Positions 27,909-42,750 are shown, counted from the stretch's first letter. The stretch: 64,000 nt of DNA from Octopus vulgaris (GCA_951406725.2 OX597815.1:211916001-211980000); one strand, 5' to 3'. A program made the numbers and translations. Notes: a model not told the origin generated them from the sequence alone.

Positions 27909-28138
27909 GAAGAAGAAGAAGAAGAAGAAGAAGAAGAAGAAGAAGAAGAAGAAGAAGAAGAAGAAGAAGAAGAAGAAGAAGAAGAAGAAGAAGAAGGAGA
28001 AGGAGAAGAAGAAGAAGAAGAAGAAGAAGAAGAAGAAGAAGAAGAAGAAGAAGAAAAAGAAGAAGAAGAAGAAGAAAAAGAAGAAGAAGAAGAAGAAGAA
28101 GAAGAAGAAGAAGAAGAAGAAGAAGAAGAAGAAGAAGA
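27524..28138. repeat. About 610-bp (GAA)n tract
   Basis: Directly visible. Confidence 0.98.
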
Positions 28139-28539
28139 TTGTGATGGTGATGACGATGTTGATGATAAGAATGATTATTAAAAACAAGACGACTAACTAC
28201 AAGCAACAGTAACAACAACAACCACAACAATCATTTTTAATGTTAATAATGTTGATAAATTGTGGGAATTCTCGAGATAATTTTTGTCATCGTTGTTTGA
28301 GAAATTTCAAAATCCAATCTTTTCTACCATCTGTACACCAATTAATGCATGCATTCCACATATAGGAATTAGTGTTATCAACTAATTAATGTACACCCAT
28401 ATTCTATACCCACAAATGTATGTATATACATATATATATATATGCACACACATTTACATACGTATGTATATATATATATATACACACACATTTACATACG
28501 TATATATATAGAGAGAGAGAGAAATACAGATACATATAC

Positions 28540-28586
<47 letters not shown>

Positions 28587-28683
28587 TATTTATATTTATA
28601 TATACATATATCCATATATATATACATATGTAAGTGTACATATATGTATATGTGTATATATATGTGTATATATATATATATAA

Positions 28684-28725
<42 letters not shown>

Positions 28726-29368
28726 TTGTATGTATGTATCATTCACATACATATATGCATTTAAGCCCTGTGTCCGTGTTTCTGTGTGGGTGGGCATGTG
28801 GAGGAGGTAGGATATATGTGTGTATGCCTGCGTGTGATGTCAAATACAAGACTGAAATACAGATGAGATTTCCAACAATGTTGCTTTGTGTGTTTATAAC
28901 TGTTTATGTTGGTTTTTATTTTGTATTTTATTTGTTATTTATTGTTTAATTTTAATTTTAATTTTTTTTTATTTATGTCGGCTTTTTTTTTTCACTTTGG
29001 AAGGTTCGTTACACATTTTTAATGTCTGATGAACATAATTTTAAACTTGCTGGATAATGTATAAAATAAAATGAATGAAAGTAAATGGGGGGGAAGAAAT
29101 GGAAAGAGAAAGATGAAATGGGAAAGAAAGAAAGAAAGAAAGAAAAAAAAGAAAGAAAGAAAGGAAGGAAGAAAGAAAGAAAGAAAGAAAGAAAGGAAGA
29201 AAAAAGAATGGAACGAAGGAGCGAAGGAATGAATGAAGGAGCAAACGAAAGAAAGAAAGAACGAACGAACGAGAGTATAACAAGAATGACATCTATTTAA
29301 AATACCAAATAAAAGCTGCCAAACATCTAAGCTGAAGGAAATAATCTAGAATATAGGTGTGTGTGTGT

Positions 29369-29434
<66 letters not shown>

Positions 29435-29477
29435 CTGTACTTGTATGTGTGTGTGAGAGGAAGAGAGAGAGAGAGAG

Positions 29478-29544
<67 letters not shown>

Positions 29545-29686
29545 GAGCACTCATCATGAGAAAAACAAGTGTTAGAAACAGATAGATGATGGACAGACAG
29601 ACAGACAGACGGACAGAGAGACAGAGACACAGACAGATAGACTGGTAGTCAGGCAAGCAGACTGGTAGATAAACAGATAGACAGAC

Positions 29687-29865
<179 letters not shown>

Positions 29866-29990
29866 CGACAAAACTAAAGTTGGGACATTTAATGAATGAA
29901 AATAAACAAAACCTATATGGGAATTTTTGTACAATTTATCAACTTCACATCTTGCGATAAACTTTTTCATCTCTATCTCACTTTGCATTC

Positions 29991-29991
<1 letters not shown>

Positions 29992-30072
<81 letters not shown>

Positions 30073-30600
30073 ATTATTATTATTATTACTGAGTGAGAGA
30101 GCAGTGCATTCCATCAAAGTGACACTGGGGTTAAATATACGAAGCCCAGTACCACCATCACGACTACCCGTCTGATAAGGGTACACTAGGCACATGCATC
30201 ACAACCATATGTGCGCGACAGTGATCTCATATCAAGATAAACAGCGCATGACCTTGCAGGTGGGTCGCAGTTAGAATTTTCTTCAGGTCGAGTAGCCCAT
30301 TCCGCTCAAAAGTTGCCTAAATAAAGATTGTTTAAGGATATTGAACGAAACACCCATGTTTCCAGAAGTGAATTATTCAAACTCCAAAGAATTCCTCTCA
30401 ACACATGGCTATGATGCTCCCCAACTACTTCTGCTCGTGATCAGAGATGCACATATCGTCAAACAACTGACAAGCAAATCGGTAGTATTGAGCAGAATAT
30501 TTGCTGTTGCCCATCGAAGACAAAACAATGTATATGATAACATTTCCAATCAGATCAGAAGCCATGAGAGCCAGTGCCTGGTAATGCATCAGGTCATTAT
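29992..30600 (-). mobile_element. Probable retroposon 3' fragment with (TAA)n tail
   Basis: About 500-bp higher-GC block bounded by (ATT)n runs; family not identified. Confidence 0.4.
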
Positions 30601-31678
30601 TATTTTTTAAAAAAATTTTAATTAGATTTACCACAATTTTTGAAATATTTTCTTGGAGAAGAATTGTGAATAAGCAGAAAAGACTGAAAAAAAAAAGGAA
30701 ATGTCTCGACGCGTTCAGTTAATTAAAATAAGTCAATGAAATGGAGGTAATGTGGAAAGATTTGTGTGCTTGTTAAAAGGTATAATTAAATGAAACCGTG
30801 TCGTGTTTCTATTTTCATGATATTCTGCTCTGTTGACTAACAAACACAGAGAGAGAAAAACTTGGTATTCGAAATGAAATTTAAGTGTCAAATTGGCACA
30901 AAACCACAAAATTTGATTTGATGGGTAGATGTGTATTACATTGAATGACTGGTGCCAATGTCATCATTATCATAATCGTCGTCGTCATCATTATCACTAT
31001 TATCATCGTCATCTTTGGCGCCGATGATGACATCGTTGTTGTCGATGTCATCGTCATCACCACGACAAAACCCCTTACCATCAGCTGAAGAAAAAGGAGA
31101 AACCTTTCCGCCGCTACCACCACTGACAAACCATCGCCGCCATCGTCGTCGTCATCGTCGTCATCACCATCATCACCAAGATCTTCATCATCATCATCAT
31201 CATCATCATCATGTCGTCGTCGTCATCGTTATTATCATCCTCGTCATCATCATCATCATCGGCAGTAGCAGCAGCAGTAGATTTGGCTTCATCATAGTTT
31301 CCTATCTTTGCCGCTAGCAATGCCTCACCGAACAATTGATCTTTGCGGTGAAATTATTCTGTGAAGATTACACTGGAATTGTTTCATGTTGCCGTGTCCC
31401 CTCTCTTCAGATCCACAGGAGGATTGAAAGTTAGCACTGCAAGTCAATGAACCACTTTCAATGTTACAATGTCTCAACCTTTACTGTTCTTGTTTCTACC
31501 CTGCGGTACCTATTTACAGATCAGTGATCTGATCCATGTCACCAATGAAAAATAAGTAACAATGGTAGAAGTGGAACCACTGTTCTCCAGTCAGGACCTC
31601 TCAGAGTAATTTTATTAGGAGTACAAACTCAGTTTTTTCGTCGGGCTCTTTCAAGCTTTGAGCACTCGCCTTCAATAT

Positions 31679-32100
31679 ACTCTTACTCTTTACTCTTTTA
31701 CTCTTTTTCTTGTTTCAGTCATTTGACTGCGGCCATGCTGGAGCACCGCTTTTAGTCGACCAAATCGACCCCAGGACTTATTCTTTGTAAGCCTAGCACT
31801 TATTCTATCGGTCTCTTGCCGAACCGCTAGGTTACGGGGACGTAAACACACCAGCATCGGTTGTCAAGCGATGTTGGGGGTGGGGTGGGGGAAAACACAG
31901 ACACACAAACGTATACACACACACACACATATATATATACATATATACGACGGGCTTCTTTCAGTTTCCGTCTACCAAATCCACTCACAAGGCTTTGGTC
32001 GGCCCGAGGCTATAGTAGAAGACACTTGCCCAAAGTGCCACGCAGTGGGACTGAACCCGTAACCATGTGGTTCGTAAGCAAGCTACTTACCACTCAGCCA
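31679..32100 (-). mobile_element. SINE family A
   Basis: Near-consensus copy. Confidence 0.9.
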
Positions 32101-32328
32101 GATCTACGCTATGTAAACAATTTCTGAGACTCCCTTGGAAATTCAAATTGTTAACGTTATCAGCAAATTAGCATGCACCCATATACAATACGCAGACGTG
32201 TATGTGTTCATTGACGTGCAAACGCACGCGCGCGCACGCAGACACACACATTCATACATATATATATATATATATACACGCACGCACACACACGCACACA
32301 CACACACACACATATATATATACATACA

Positions 32329-32553
32329 CAGGGTTGGCCAAAATTCACCCGACAGTAAATCAAAATTCCATAAACACTATCAGTAATTCTGTATTTACTG
32401 GAATGGGAAAATGAGTCGCTCAAGAAGGACTTCAGTTTGAACCATTTTCATGATCCTTCATATTTAGATGTTTTTATTAAATTCATTTAGTTTTTAAACA
32501 TAAATCTTGGAATTAAATGTTCTTGATTTACTGTCAGGTGACTTTTGGCCAAA

Positions 32554-32557
<4 letters not shown>
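32329..32557. mobile_element. Tc1-like MITE
   Basis: About 35-bp TIRs CAGGGTTGGCCAAAATTCACCCGACAGTAAATCAA / TTGATTTACTGTCAGGTGACTTTTGGCCAAACCTA. Confidence 0.8.
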
Positions 32558-32608
<51 letters not shown>

Positions 32609-32643
32609 AAAAATTGTGAAGCATGACTGTCACCACTACTACA

Positions 32644-32688
32644 TGAACCCGAAGATTGCAGAATTCAATGCATGAAAGTACTAGTTCA
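32644..32688 (+). ncRNA. Near-canonical minimal HHR (core CCGAAGA)
   Basis: TGAAC-CCGAAGA-TTGCA(GAATTCAA)TGCAT-GAAA-GTAC-TA-GTTCA; palindromic AGTACT stem III. Confidence 0.65.
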
Positions 32689-32865
32689 ATCAGAATGAAC
32701 ATTTAACATTCTACTATTTCATTTTATTTTATTCAATTATAATATATTATCTTATAATATATCATTATAAGATTGTAAATAAAACGTGAAAATCAGACAA
32801 GGTTGGAATTCCTTTTATTAATATATTCTTCTATACACAATCACACACACCCATATATATATATA

Positions 32866-32917
<52 letters not shown>

Positions 32918-32924
32918 TATATAT

Positions 32925-33159
32925 ATATTTCTTTACTGCCCAGAAGGGGCTAAACATAGAGGGGACAAACAAGGACAGTCGAAGGGACTGAGTCGATTAA
33001 ATCGCCCCCAGTGCGAAACTGGCACTTTATTTATCGACCCCGAAAGAATGAAAAGGCAAAGTTGACCTCGGCTGAATTTGAACTCAGAACGTAACGACAG
33101 ACGAAATACCGCTAAGCATTTCGCCCGGCGGGCTAACGTGTCTGCCAGCTCGTCGCCTT
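32925..33159 (-). mobile_element. SINE family B
   Basis: Near-consensus copy. Confidence 0.88.
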
Positions 33160-33200
33160 GAGAGAGAGAGAGAGTGGGGAGAAAGAGAGAGAGAGATACT

Positions 33201-33240
<40 letters not shown>

Positions 33241-33865
33241 CCCCTCCCCCCCAAAAAAACGAAGAAAAGCACACAAGAAAAAAACAACACGCGCGCGCGC
33301 AGAGAGAGATAGGGAGAGATATGGTGAATCTGTGGGCATATATGGGGTTCGTTTGGGTGTGATCTTATATGGTGGGGTGAGGCTGTATAAATATCAATAA
33401 CTGTATCGTTAACAGAATGTATAAATGTCACAACTTCCCGTTTTTTTTTTTTATAAATCTTAAAGCAGTGCTACCGCTATTAATGTGATTTCAATATCTT
33501 TTATATATTTTTTAGAGTGTGTATATAAGTGTATAAATACGTGTGTATTTGTGTGCGTCTAACTTCCCTTATAAAAATATTAATGGTTATCAGTGAATTT
33601 CTCTCGGGTACCTATTTCATTTTCGGGTAACTATGCTAATGTAAATTCAGTATGGTGACTGTATTCATTAGCTCCCACCCTTTCTTCAGTAAGGTGTTCA
33701 GATATCAGATTGTCCAAATTAGGAGCATAATTCGAGTAAGGGCAAAAAAACATTTAATAGAAACACTTTGTCTGAATATTTTTTTGAAAATTAGAAATCT
33801 CAAGACGATAAAAATCAGAAAAAGATATATTTGGTCTATTATGAAATATTTAGTAATTGTATATA

Positions 33866-33939
<74 letters not shown>

Positions 33940-34021
33940 TGAGTGTGTGTGTGTGTGAGTGTGCGAGTGTATCTATAGGTGTATATAAATACATGCGGAT
34001 ACACACACACACGCACACACG

Positions 34022-34071
<50 letters not shown>

Positions 34072-34928
34072 CGAGGTCCGATCAATGAGTATTCAGACTG
34101 TTGCCATAGTAACGAAGCTAAAGCGCCCAGACTGAAACTGCTCGCTACAGATTGACCTGAAACTCTGCTGTACATGTACACTAAGTTTTAACGCTCTAGC
34201 CCACTTCTGTTGTTTACAGTAGAACTTATTAGAAAGGTGTGTAGCGTGTGATCGTCGTATTGACCATGACAGAGTAAGATGTCATGGCAATACCTGCTCA
34301 GAAGCCAACGCAATGTTGCAGAAAGTGTATGGAGAGGAGTGTGCGAGCTGTACACAAGTATACAATGTTGACGAACGTTCTGAGAGATACGCAACCAGCA
34401 GTGCTAAGAAAAAACATCGTAGATGTGTGTGCAGCTGTGAGGGGATATCGTCGAATCACCATCCGTGAGTTATCAGAGGATGTGAAGATTAATTACGGCT
34501 CAGTTCAGTCCATTTTCACTGAAGGTTTGAGTATGAGACGCATGTCTGCCAAGTTTGTGCCAAAACGGGTTTCAGCTGACCAAAATGATACTCGGGTTTC
34601 GGTTGCACAAGATCTCCTTAGTTGTGTCGAGAACGATGAAAACTTTCTGAAAACTTTGCATAGGCCTCTGAGCAGGTATCGCCAAGCTTTCGGCAAAATC
34701 TGAAGCAGATTCTCTGCTCAACTCTCTCTGTCATGATCAATGCGACGATCACACGCTACACACCTTCCTGCCAAGCACTACTGTAAACAGCGGAAGTAAG
34801 CTAGAATGTTAAGATCTAGTGCGCATGCACAGCCGAGTTCAAGGTCAATCTGTGCCAAGCGGCTTTATGCTGCATGCTTTAGCTTCATTACTATGGCAAC
34901 AGTTCCAATATTTATTGATCAGACCACT
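34072..34928. mobile_element. Foldback mariner derivative built from two 5' ends, TA-flanked
   Basis: Inverted arms longer than 200 bp; left half RRITIRELSEDVKINYGSVQSI..GLSMRRMSAKFVPK; right half on - MTERVEQRICFRFCRKLGDT. Confidence 0.85.
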
Positions 34929-34996
34929 TATGTATATAATATATATATATATATATATACTTACATACATGCATACATACATGCATACATATATGT

Positions 34997-35086
<90 letters not shown>

Positions 35087-35209
35087 GTGTATGTATGTAT
35101 GTATGTATACATATACACATAAATATATAAGGTCTGGTATGTGTGTGTGTGTATATATATATAAATATGTGTGCGTGTGTGGGTGTCAACAATGTAATCT
35201 ATATGCACT

Positions 35210-35408
35210 TAATATACCCCAGAAAGTAAGGCCAGCACACCGACAAACAAGATTCCCAGAGACAAAAAGATCCTTATGATACGCAGGTCAAAGGTCTCAA
35301 AGTGGATGAATACGCAACTGAAGGATAAGGAGAAGTCTATGCTAATACAGACACTCGTAGAAATCGGAAACAAGATGAAATTCTCTCATGAAAGGGAAAT
35401 AGCAGAGA

Positions 35409-35439
<31 letters not shown>

Positions 35440-36318
35440 CTGTGGAAAGCATAAAAACAATTCCCAAAGCTTTCTATAAATTCGCAAAGGAAACAGCCAG
35501 AATACAATATAAAAAAAATAGGACTATTGTTCTACGGGAATGACTCACTGACAACGGACCCAGGAAGGATAAATGAGATATTCAGTGAACAATTTAAAGT
35601 GTCTTCACTTCATCCCTTGGACATATGGAGGTAAAAAATCCGGCTGAATTCTTTAATATTGCAGCTCTAAAAATCGAGGCGCCAGCTATCGATTACATCA
35701 ACATTGAGGAGACTGATGTAACAGCGGCCATCGATGAAATGAGCTCATACTCCGCCTCTGGTCCTGATGGCTTCCCAGCTATTATCCTGAAGTCATGTAA
35801 GCAGGCTTTAGCGAAACCAGATACTTTTCCAAAGTTTCCTTGCAAGTGGTAAACTTCCTAAAGAGCTGAAAGAAGTCATTATATATCCTATTCACAAAGG
35901 TGGAAGCAGAGCAGAGGCCAAAAACTTCAAGCCAATCTCTCTGACCTCACATATCAATAAAGTCATGGAGCAAATCATCAGAAAGAAGTTGATACTGTTC
36001 CTAGAAGAAAATGACCGACTGAACAATGCACGGCATGACTTCCGTCCAGGAAGAAGCTGCTCCACACAACTCCTACAGCACTATGACTGGGTTTTGAAAC
36101 AGTTGCTTGACCATTCAGAGGTCAGCGTGATATACCTTGACTTTGCAAAGGCATTTGATAAGGTAGATCATGGCATCATATGCCATAAGCTACGAGACCT
36201 TGGCAATACTGGTAAACTGGGAAAGTGGCTGCATGACTTCCATAAAGACAGAAGTCAGGTAGCTGCAGTCAACGGTGCCCTTTCTAAGGAAACTCAAATC
36301 CCAAGTGATGTCCCTCAA
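35210..36318 (+). mobile_element. CR1/Jockey-group LINE reverse transcriptase pseudogene, truncated
   Basis: SASGPDGFPAIILK, PIHKGG...NFKPISLTSH, FRPGRSCSTQLL, YLDFAKAFDKVDH, SDVPQ. Confidence 0.9.
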
Positions 36319-36744
36319 AACATCACCGAAACGTTGTGTTAACAACAAACAAGGACAAATATCCGTCAAATAATGTAAATAATGTACATAATTCCTCAGC
36401 TCTTAAACATATAGAACTATATATACTTATATACATATATACACACATATACATATGCATGTGAGTATGCATGTATATTATCCTTACCTTCGAAACGTGG
36501 AGTAGACGAAAAAGGGACAACTGAAGAAGGGGAATATTCCTTGTGTTGTATGTCTTGTACTCTGTTTTTTTTCGTTGTTTGAAAAAAAGTTCGTTTCTAT
36601 ATTTTTGTTCTTATGTTTTCGTTTCTCTTTGTGGTCAACGTTTTTTTGATGTCCTGTACCCATATATGCATGTATATATACATATATATGTAGGTATGTA
36701 CATATATGTATGTATATATGCATATATTTATATATTATTTATAT

Positions 36745-36799
<55 letters not shown>

Positions 36800-38746
36800 A
36801 TATACTGTATATATGTACACACACGCATATATACATTTATATATACATATATATATGTGCGCGCGCATAAGCAAGTTTTTACTTCTCTTCGCAACATCCC
36901 CCTTGCATGCATACATCCTGATATCTTACACCAGTTCTATCTCTCTTTCTTTCTCTCTCTCTCTCTCTCATCTTCCTCTCTCCTTCATCTATGTTTATGG
37001 CGTGGATAATGAAATACTTTATAAACGAAGCTATTTATGTGGTTACCTGACCTGTGAGAAATAGCAGCCAATTCTTCCCCCAAATCAAAGCTCGCTGTTT
37101 GAAACAAGGAATGGTCATGGTTGGAATGGAATGCTTTTAATCATAAGCTTGCTTAATTTCACTCACAAAATCTTGAGTTGATTGGAAGCTATGGTTGAAT
37201 AGACTTAAGTGTCGCGCTCAACCATGCGTGTGTCGTATGGTTAAAAATGGTAATAAAGGTTATCGCTTTGTCATTAAGCAATAATTGTAATATCTCATAT
37301 ATTTCAATAAAATCACATGATAATAGCTTACAAAATACCTTCCCCGCCAGAATGATCCTATCATTTTGCTTTTATTCTCTTGCTTGTTTCAACAAAACAA
37401 AGGATTTGTGTGTGCGTCTGTTCGTATGAGTATACGAATGTGATTGAGACAAGGGCGGCTTGTAAAATATAATAGAATTTCATTAAATGGATCGTTGATT
37501 TACTGTCATTACAACGTCGATCTACAGAAATATTTAATAATTTATTATCATCTGTACAACTCTCTTTATTGTTCTTTCTTGTATAGCTTCGGTTTAAGGT
37601 TAGATTTCTCTCTAAACGCGTCAAAGACTACGTGTGTGTCCCCGTCTTTTACATAAATATAGCTGTCATATAACAGAATGGGTGACCATGTATTGTCGCT
37701 TTAGAATTGTGAATATATGAATTTTCTTTTTTTTTTCTTTTGTTTTCATAATTTTTTTTTATCAACACCATATGTCTTCAGGGATTTGGGCGTTTACAGA
37801 TTGCATAGAGATAGGTTTGAAGGCTGGCATTGTTTGCTTTATAAGCAACTTTCCCACAAATGTCCCTGGATTTTAGTACGGTAAGAATAAAACGATTTCA
37901 TTCTGTAAAAGTAACCAACCGAAAAATCAACCAGAAGGTGTGAATTTTTTTTTATTTTATGTTACTTCCTATTTTTTTCTTCAAACATTAATAATTATAT
38001 TTATTAAAGCGATTCGTTGTTTCATTTGAATTATTCATATTTTCGTTTTCCTTTGAATATATTTCTGTTTCTTGTTATACGGGGTGCGCAGACATACAAG
38101 AGCGGTTGTGTAATTCACTTTACAATCAATTGCTTCTGGGCTTGGTCCCGATCTGAGACAATTTGTGCAAACACTTCTACCGTAGAAAGCCTCGAGTAAG
38201 CCCAAGCTTCCTGTGCGAAATTGATAGACGGAAGCAACAGAGAAGCCTGTCACTTGGCTAAGCATTTCACTAAAGATTCTGCCAGCTGGTCGTCTTATAT
38301 GTACATACACGCATACATACATACATACATACATACACACACACATACATACATACATACACACATACATACATACATACACACATACATACATACATAC
38401 ATACATACATACATACATACATACACACATACATACATACACACACACACATACATACATACATACATACACACATACATACATACATACACACACATAC
38501 ATACATACATACATACATACATACACACACATACACACATACATACATACATACATACATATATACATACATACATACACACACACACACATACATGCAT
38601 ACATACATACATACATACATACATACATGCATGCATACATACATACATACATACATACATACATACATACATACATACATACACACACACACATACATGC
38701 ATACATACATACATACATACATACATACATACATACATACATGCAT

Positions 38747-38778
<32 letters not shown>

Positions 38779-39920
38779 GCATGCATGCATACATACATAC
38801 ATACATACATACATACATACATACATACATACATACATACATACATACTTACATAAGGCTATATATTTTCATTTGTTCCTATTATACTTGGCTACGTACA
38901 ACAAATCTGCAAGAAATACTCGGGTTCTCAAAAGAAAAAAAGGTAAAATAAACCACAGCACACCGATTTCGCACTTCCCACCATTTACAATCGAAAAGAG
39001 GAACTATGACAATTAGTAAAGTATTTCGGGCCTTCTCCATTTGAAATTCTTGAGTGAACATATGTACACAATCAATCGCATACATATAGAGGATACAGAT
39101 GCGCGCAAACATACGAATCTGCACGTATACAACCACACATACAAAAGCACTCTGTTGCTGTTGAAATTCCAATGAAGAAGTCTTGGATCTAGGTTAGAAA
39201 CCGGCTCTTTTCTTTTGGCAAGAAATCTTAATATAAAACTGAATAATTATTTCTACTCAAGGCACAAGGTCTTGAAAAGTTTGGGGACAAGGGGGATAGT
39301 CGATTACATCGACCGCGAAAGAATGAAAGGCAAGGCCGACCTCGGCGGAATTTGAACTCAGAACGCAGCGGCAGACGAAAGGGTAATGAAGCATACACAC
39401 ATGAGTTCTATCGTGACCCCACGTGCGCAAGTTTATCCATAGGTACACACATCGTGGACTCTCTTCTCGTAGACGACAGCAACTTCTTGCTGCACAGATG
39501 ATTTGTTTATTGTGATCAAATGTTTGTGCAGTATTTTAGTTCACTCTCCACCAAATCAGCCTTGCCTGTACAAGTACGCGGTGTACCACACTTCACATGC
39601 CAAAGTGGCCGCAGATGGAGCAACGTGAGATTAAGTATTTTGCTCAAAAACACAACGCACCGCCATATCCGGGAATCGAAATCAAGATTCCGCGATCGCG
39701 AGTGCAACACTCTAACCTTAAGGTTACACGTCCTCACAAGGCATACAATTACACAAAACACACGCACATACATGCGCATATCAACTAATGCAGGTAACCA
39801 CAAACCCGAAGAGATCTTTTGGCTTAAACTAAAAGAGCTTCCTCACCTTCACAGTGATTGGCTTGAATTCTGCAAAGTGAAAATCTGAAAATTAACCCCA
39901 TAGAAATATACATAGGATTT

Positions 39921-40155
39921 AAGGCGGTGAGCAGGCAAAAACGTTAGCACGCCGGGTGAAATGCGTAGCTGTATTTCGTCTGCCGCTACGTTCTGAGTTC
40001 AAATTCCACCGAGGTCGACTTTGCCTTTCATCCTTTCGGAGTCGATTAAATAAGTACCAGTTACGCACTGGGGTCGATATAATCGACTTAATCTGTTTGT
40101 CTGTCCTTGTTTGTCCCCTCTGTGTGTAACCCCTTGTGGGCAGTAAATAAATAAG
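39921..40155 (+). mobile_element. SINE family B
   Basis: Near-consensus copy; imperfect TSD AGAAA.ATACATA.GAT. Confidence 0.9.
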
Positions 40156-40176
40156 AAACATACATATGATGTTTAA

Positions 40177-40396
40177 CCCTTTAGCATTTAAACCGGTTAT
40201 ATCAGGCCCAAATATTCTATCTTTGATTATATGGTCAAACTAGTCATCTCCAGTCTCTAACATAAGTCCTACAATGCTATTCAATAAATAAACAATCATG
40301 TGATTAAAATATAGCTACGAGATAGTGCATGACTAATTCAAAACAATGAGAACAAATAAGTAATGCATTTGATAGAATAAACTGAATGCTAAAGGA
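40177..40396. mobile_element. piggyBac-like MITE
   Basis: TTAA|CCCTTTAGCATTTA ... TGAATGCTAAAGGA|TTAA. Confidence 0.8.
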
Positions 40397-40939
40397 TTAA
40401 AGCTCGTAATTTTATGAGGTTGCCTTTACGAGAATGATAACAAACATATTTTGTTCGTTCTCTTCTCTTTTTAAATTTTATTTTGTATATTTCCAACACC
40501 GTCTTCGTTCTGTTTCAATCATCACCCTTAGATCTGAAATCATACTCCAAGGTGTTGTCTGTTAAGTAATAATCACAATTTCTTATATATTTTCTTAAAT
40601 GTTAAATGATGTAACAAACCCGTTTCAGGTTTTTGATTTAATTTAATTTTGAGCATATCCTTAAATGAACACACACACATGGTTACATACATATATCCAT
40701 CTACCTATCTATCTATTTCCCTCACTCTCTCTCTCCCTCTCTCCTCTCTCTCTCTCTCTGTATATATTTATACACACACACACGCGCACACACACACACA
40801 GATACATGTCTATACGCACACACACACACACATGCATACATAATACATACATACATAAATACATGCATACATACATACATACATACATACATACATACAT
40901 ACATACATACATACATACATACATACATACATACATACA

Positions 40940-40971
<32 letters not shown>

Positions 40972-41196
40972 GACATATATACATCGTTCGTCTGTCAGTT
41001 TGATGAACAAGCATCTGCAAAATAATTGAATAAATAAATTAACAGATAGATATATTATAATTAGAGGAAGGACAGAAAATAAGAAAATGGAAAATAATCT
41101 CTCATTCATGGTTAATGGTGCGGCCGCGAAGGCCTATTCTGGGAGAGAGAAGTATTTACCACTAGAGTTATGGTTGGATTTGCAAGCTTCTCTTTC

Positions 41197-41440
41197 GGCC
41201 TCGTGGCCTAGTGGTTAGGGTATCGGACTCATGATCCTAAGATTGTGGTTTCGATTCTTGGACCGAGCGACGCATTGTGTTCTTGAGCAAAACACTTCAT
41301 TTTACGTTGCTCCAGTCCACTCAACTGGCGAAAATGAGTAACGCTGCGACGAAGTGGCGCCCCAACAATGCAGGGAACATTTATGCCATGAAACCGGGAA
41401 ACCGGCCCTTATGAGTCGGTACGACTCAAGAACGTAATTT
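41197..41440 (+). mobile_element. SINE family D (tRNA-derived); related copies at ~60270-60460 (+) and ~39560-39730 (-)
   Basis: GTGGCCTAGTGGTTAGGG...GGTTTCGATTC...CTTGAGCAAAACACTTCATT. Confidence 0.75.
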
Positions 41441-41444
41441 TTAC

Positions 41445-42087
41445 CTTCTCTTCGTACAGAACTGTCTCGAAGATCCTCTCACACGTTTAGATTGGTCTTG
41501 CTGTGTTTCAATGTTGCTTTCACTGCGTCTATAAAAACCCCTTATTCTGTTCACTAAATTTTCCCCCTGCATTCACAATTTCTAAATAGAAGATTGCTTT
41601 TGCTAATCTACACTCAGGTACTCTGACTACATTTCCGGTACAGTGCAGCTAAGTGTGCTTGAACTTAATAAACCGGAAGCAGTTGGCACTTCCAAAAATC
41701 TTTATATTTGGAGTTTAAACCTGGCTCTTTAAGCTTAGAATCGTCCTCAGGCAACACATGTGGTAATTATTTAGCAAAATTACTTTTAAAAATACTTCAC
41801 TCTCTCAACTTGTCTCACTCTTGTAAGCGTGTGTGTACCTTCGCTTACGTGTATTATGTATGTATGTATATATATATTTATGTGTGTGTGTGTGTGTGAA
41901 TGCGTGAGTGTGTGTGTGTGGTGGGGGTGTATACATCGATGAAAGTTACGTTCAGATCGGCGAAAAATTTCTGATAAATTGGTACGTCGAAAAAATTCTT
42001 GTATATTATTTACTACACCCACGATTTTCTTTATTTATTACACCCAACTCTTGATTGTTCAAACACTGTTATACATACATACATACA

Positions 42088-42149
<62 letters not shown>

Positions 42150-42750
42150 TTTTTTAATATACCGTAAATGGTCTTTTTACAAACTGAACACTACTTAGTA
42201 AAATTAATTAATAATTAATTAATTTTACCCTTTTATTATTGACTATATATATATATATACATATAATATCAAAGAAACTGTAGAAAAAGAACATAATGAA
42301 AACAAGTACGACTGTACTCCACTACTAGGTCCTTCCACTTTTGCGGCGTTGAGGCTTATGTATCTCAATGACCCCGAGATTAATACTAGCAGAACACAAG
42401 CTCTGGATAGGGTTTCCCTTGCTGGACAGGTTAAAGGATAGAGACCAGACCTAATGTGCTTCTCTTTTGCCCTCAACTGTAATGATTATTTAAAAGACTC
42501 AAACTCATTCGGACTCTTGCAGCTGGCTTCTCTTCACACACAATTATCTCGAAGGTCTTCCCATGAGTTTAGATTGCTCTTGCTGTGCCTCAATGTTGCT
42601 TTCAGTGCGTTTCTGAAACGTTTATTCCGCTGCACCAAATGTTTGCCCTCCATTTATAAGCTCAGAATAGAATGACATATCGGCACAATGTAGCTGGGTT
42701 TGCCGGAAGCATTTGGAACATCGAAAATCTTTATAGTTGGAGCTTATAGA
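41445..42750 (-). mobile_element. Two co-oriented RTE LINE C-terminal relics (41445-41720, 42515-42750) with an RTE 5'-UTR-like piece on + at ~42330-42455
   Basis: The two segments align with each other; minus translation NKRFRNALKATLRHSKSNLNSWEDL resembles RTE KRFKDTLK. Confidence 0.6.

Noticed and set aside
31371-31414. Minus-strand CTGAAGA...GAAA
   Set aside because: No stem II or stem I pairing; the region looks more like an old LINE 3' relic
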